DNA from: Pyrobaculum sp.
GTDB lineage: Archaea; Thermoproteota; Thermoprotei; Thermoproteales; Thermoproteaceae
NCBI GenBank assembly: GCA_046293555.1
Contig: JBKBOT010000011.1
Location: 1 to 48,889, forward strand
DNA: 48,889 nucleotides
Reading direction: 5' to 3'
The notes under the pieces are model-generated. The model made no database searches, had not been told where the DNA came from, and saw nothing but the letters and a program-made list of their open reading frames with translations. Shown here piece by piece: positions 48,700-48,889 of the stretch. How positions within the stretch are numbered: position 1 is the first letter of the stretch; the number at the start of each line of letters is the position of its first letter. Both the position numbers and the translations under genes were made by a program.

Positions 48700-48889
48700 A
48701 TACAGAACAAGAGAATGCCTGATAGTATTGGCGGCGTTGGCGGTTTAAGACTCTTAAGAAGGTAGAACGGCTGTTGAGAAGGGTAAATGCCTCTGAACAG
48801 GCCGTAAATGTTGTGAGGGAGCACGTCAGGTGGCTTAACCGCACAGGAGAGATGTTAGGACTAAACGTAGATGTGGGGTATTGGCTCAG
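48700..48889 (+). pseudogene. Possible eroded gene fragment running off the window
   Basis: An open frame RFKTLKKVERLL...VDVGYWL lacks a clear start. A signal-like LIVLAALAV sits just upstream in another frame and ends in TAA. Confidence 0.25.

Overview
Archaeal chromosome segment, very probably Pyrobaculum or a close Thermoproteaceae relative. This rests on leaderless genes with TATA boxes about 25 nt upstream, eL38, a K+-independent H+-PPase, a Pyrobaculum-type 5S rRNA and scattered ribosomal-protein genes. It is mostly densely packed housekeeping DNA. Central metabolism: icd, gltA, malic enzyme, prpBD, pgk-gap, hps, adkA, egsA, ino1. Translation: pheT, thrS, uS19, uS17, uL29, P1/L12, eL38, Nmd3, DRG and GTPBP GTPases, archease, YbaK, Rpp29. 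Bioenergetics: hppA and ATP synthase subunit I. It also has one tRNA-Ser(UGA) and one 5S rRNA. Features missing from the ORF track are four box C/D sRNA candidates, a probable non-canonical H/ACA-like guide RNA whose 14-nt tail matches the layout of 23S helix 69, and a full-length inverted adkA pseudogene eroded by many micro-deletions. The pseudogene lies beside the 5S gene in an accessory patch with a two-gene surface module containing a transglutaminase-like protein. Other leads are a C5-methyltransferase fused into an operon with Nmd3 and facing a PD-(D/E)XK nuclease, a GTPBP-solo Cas4 gene pair, and several enzymes with degenerate active sites. No CRISPR array, transposase or integrase was seen. 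All calls come from motif recognition by eye; no searches were run.
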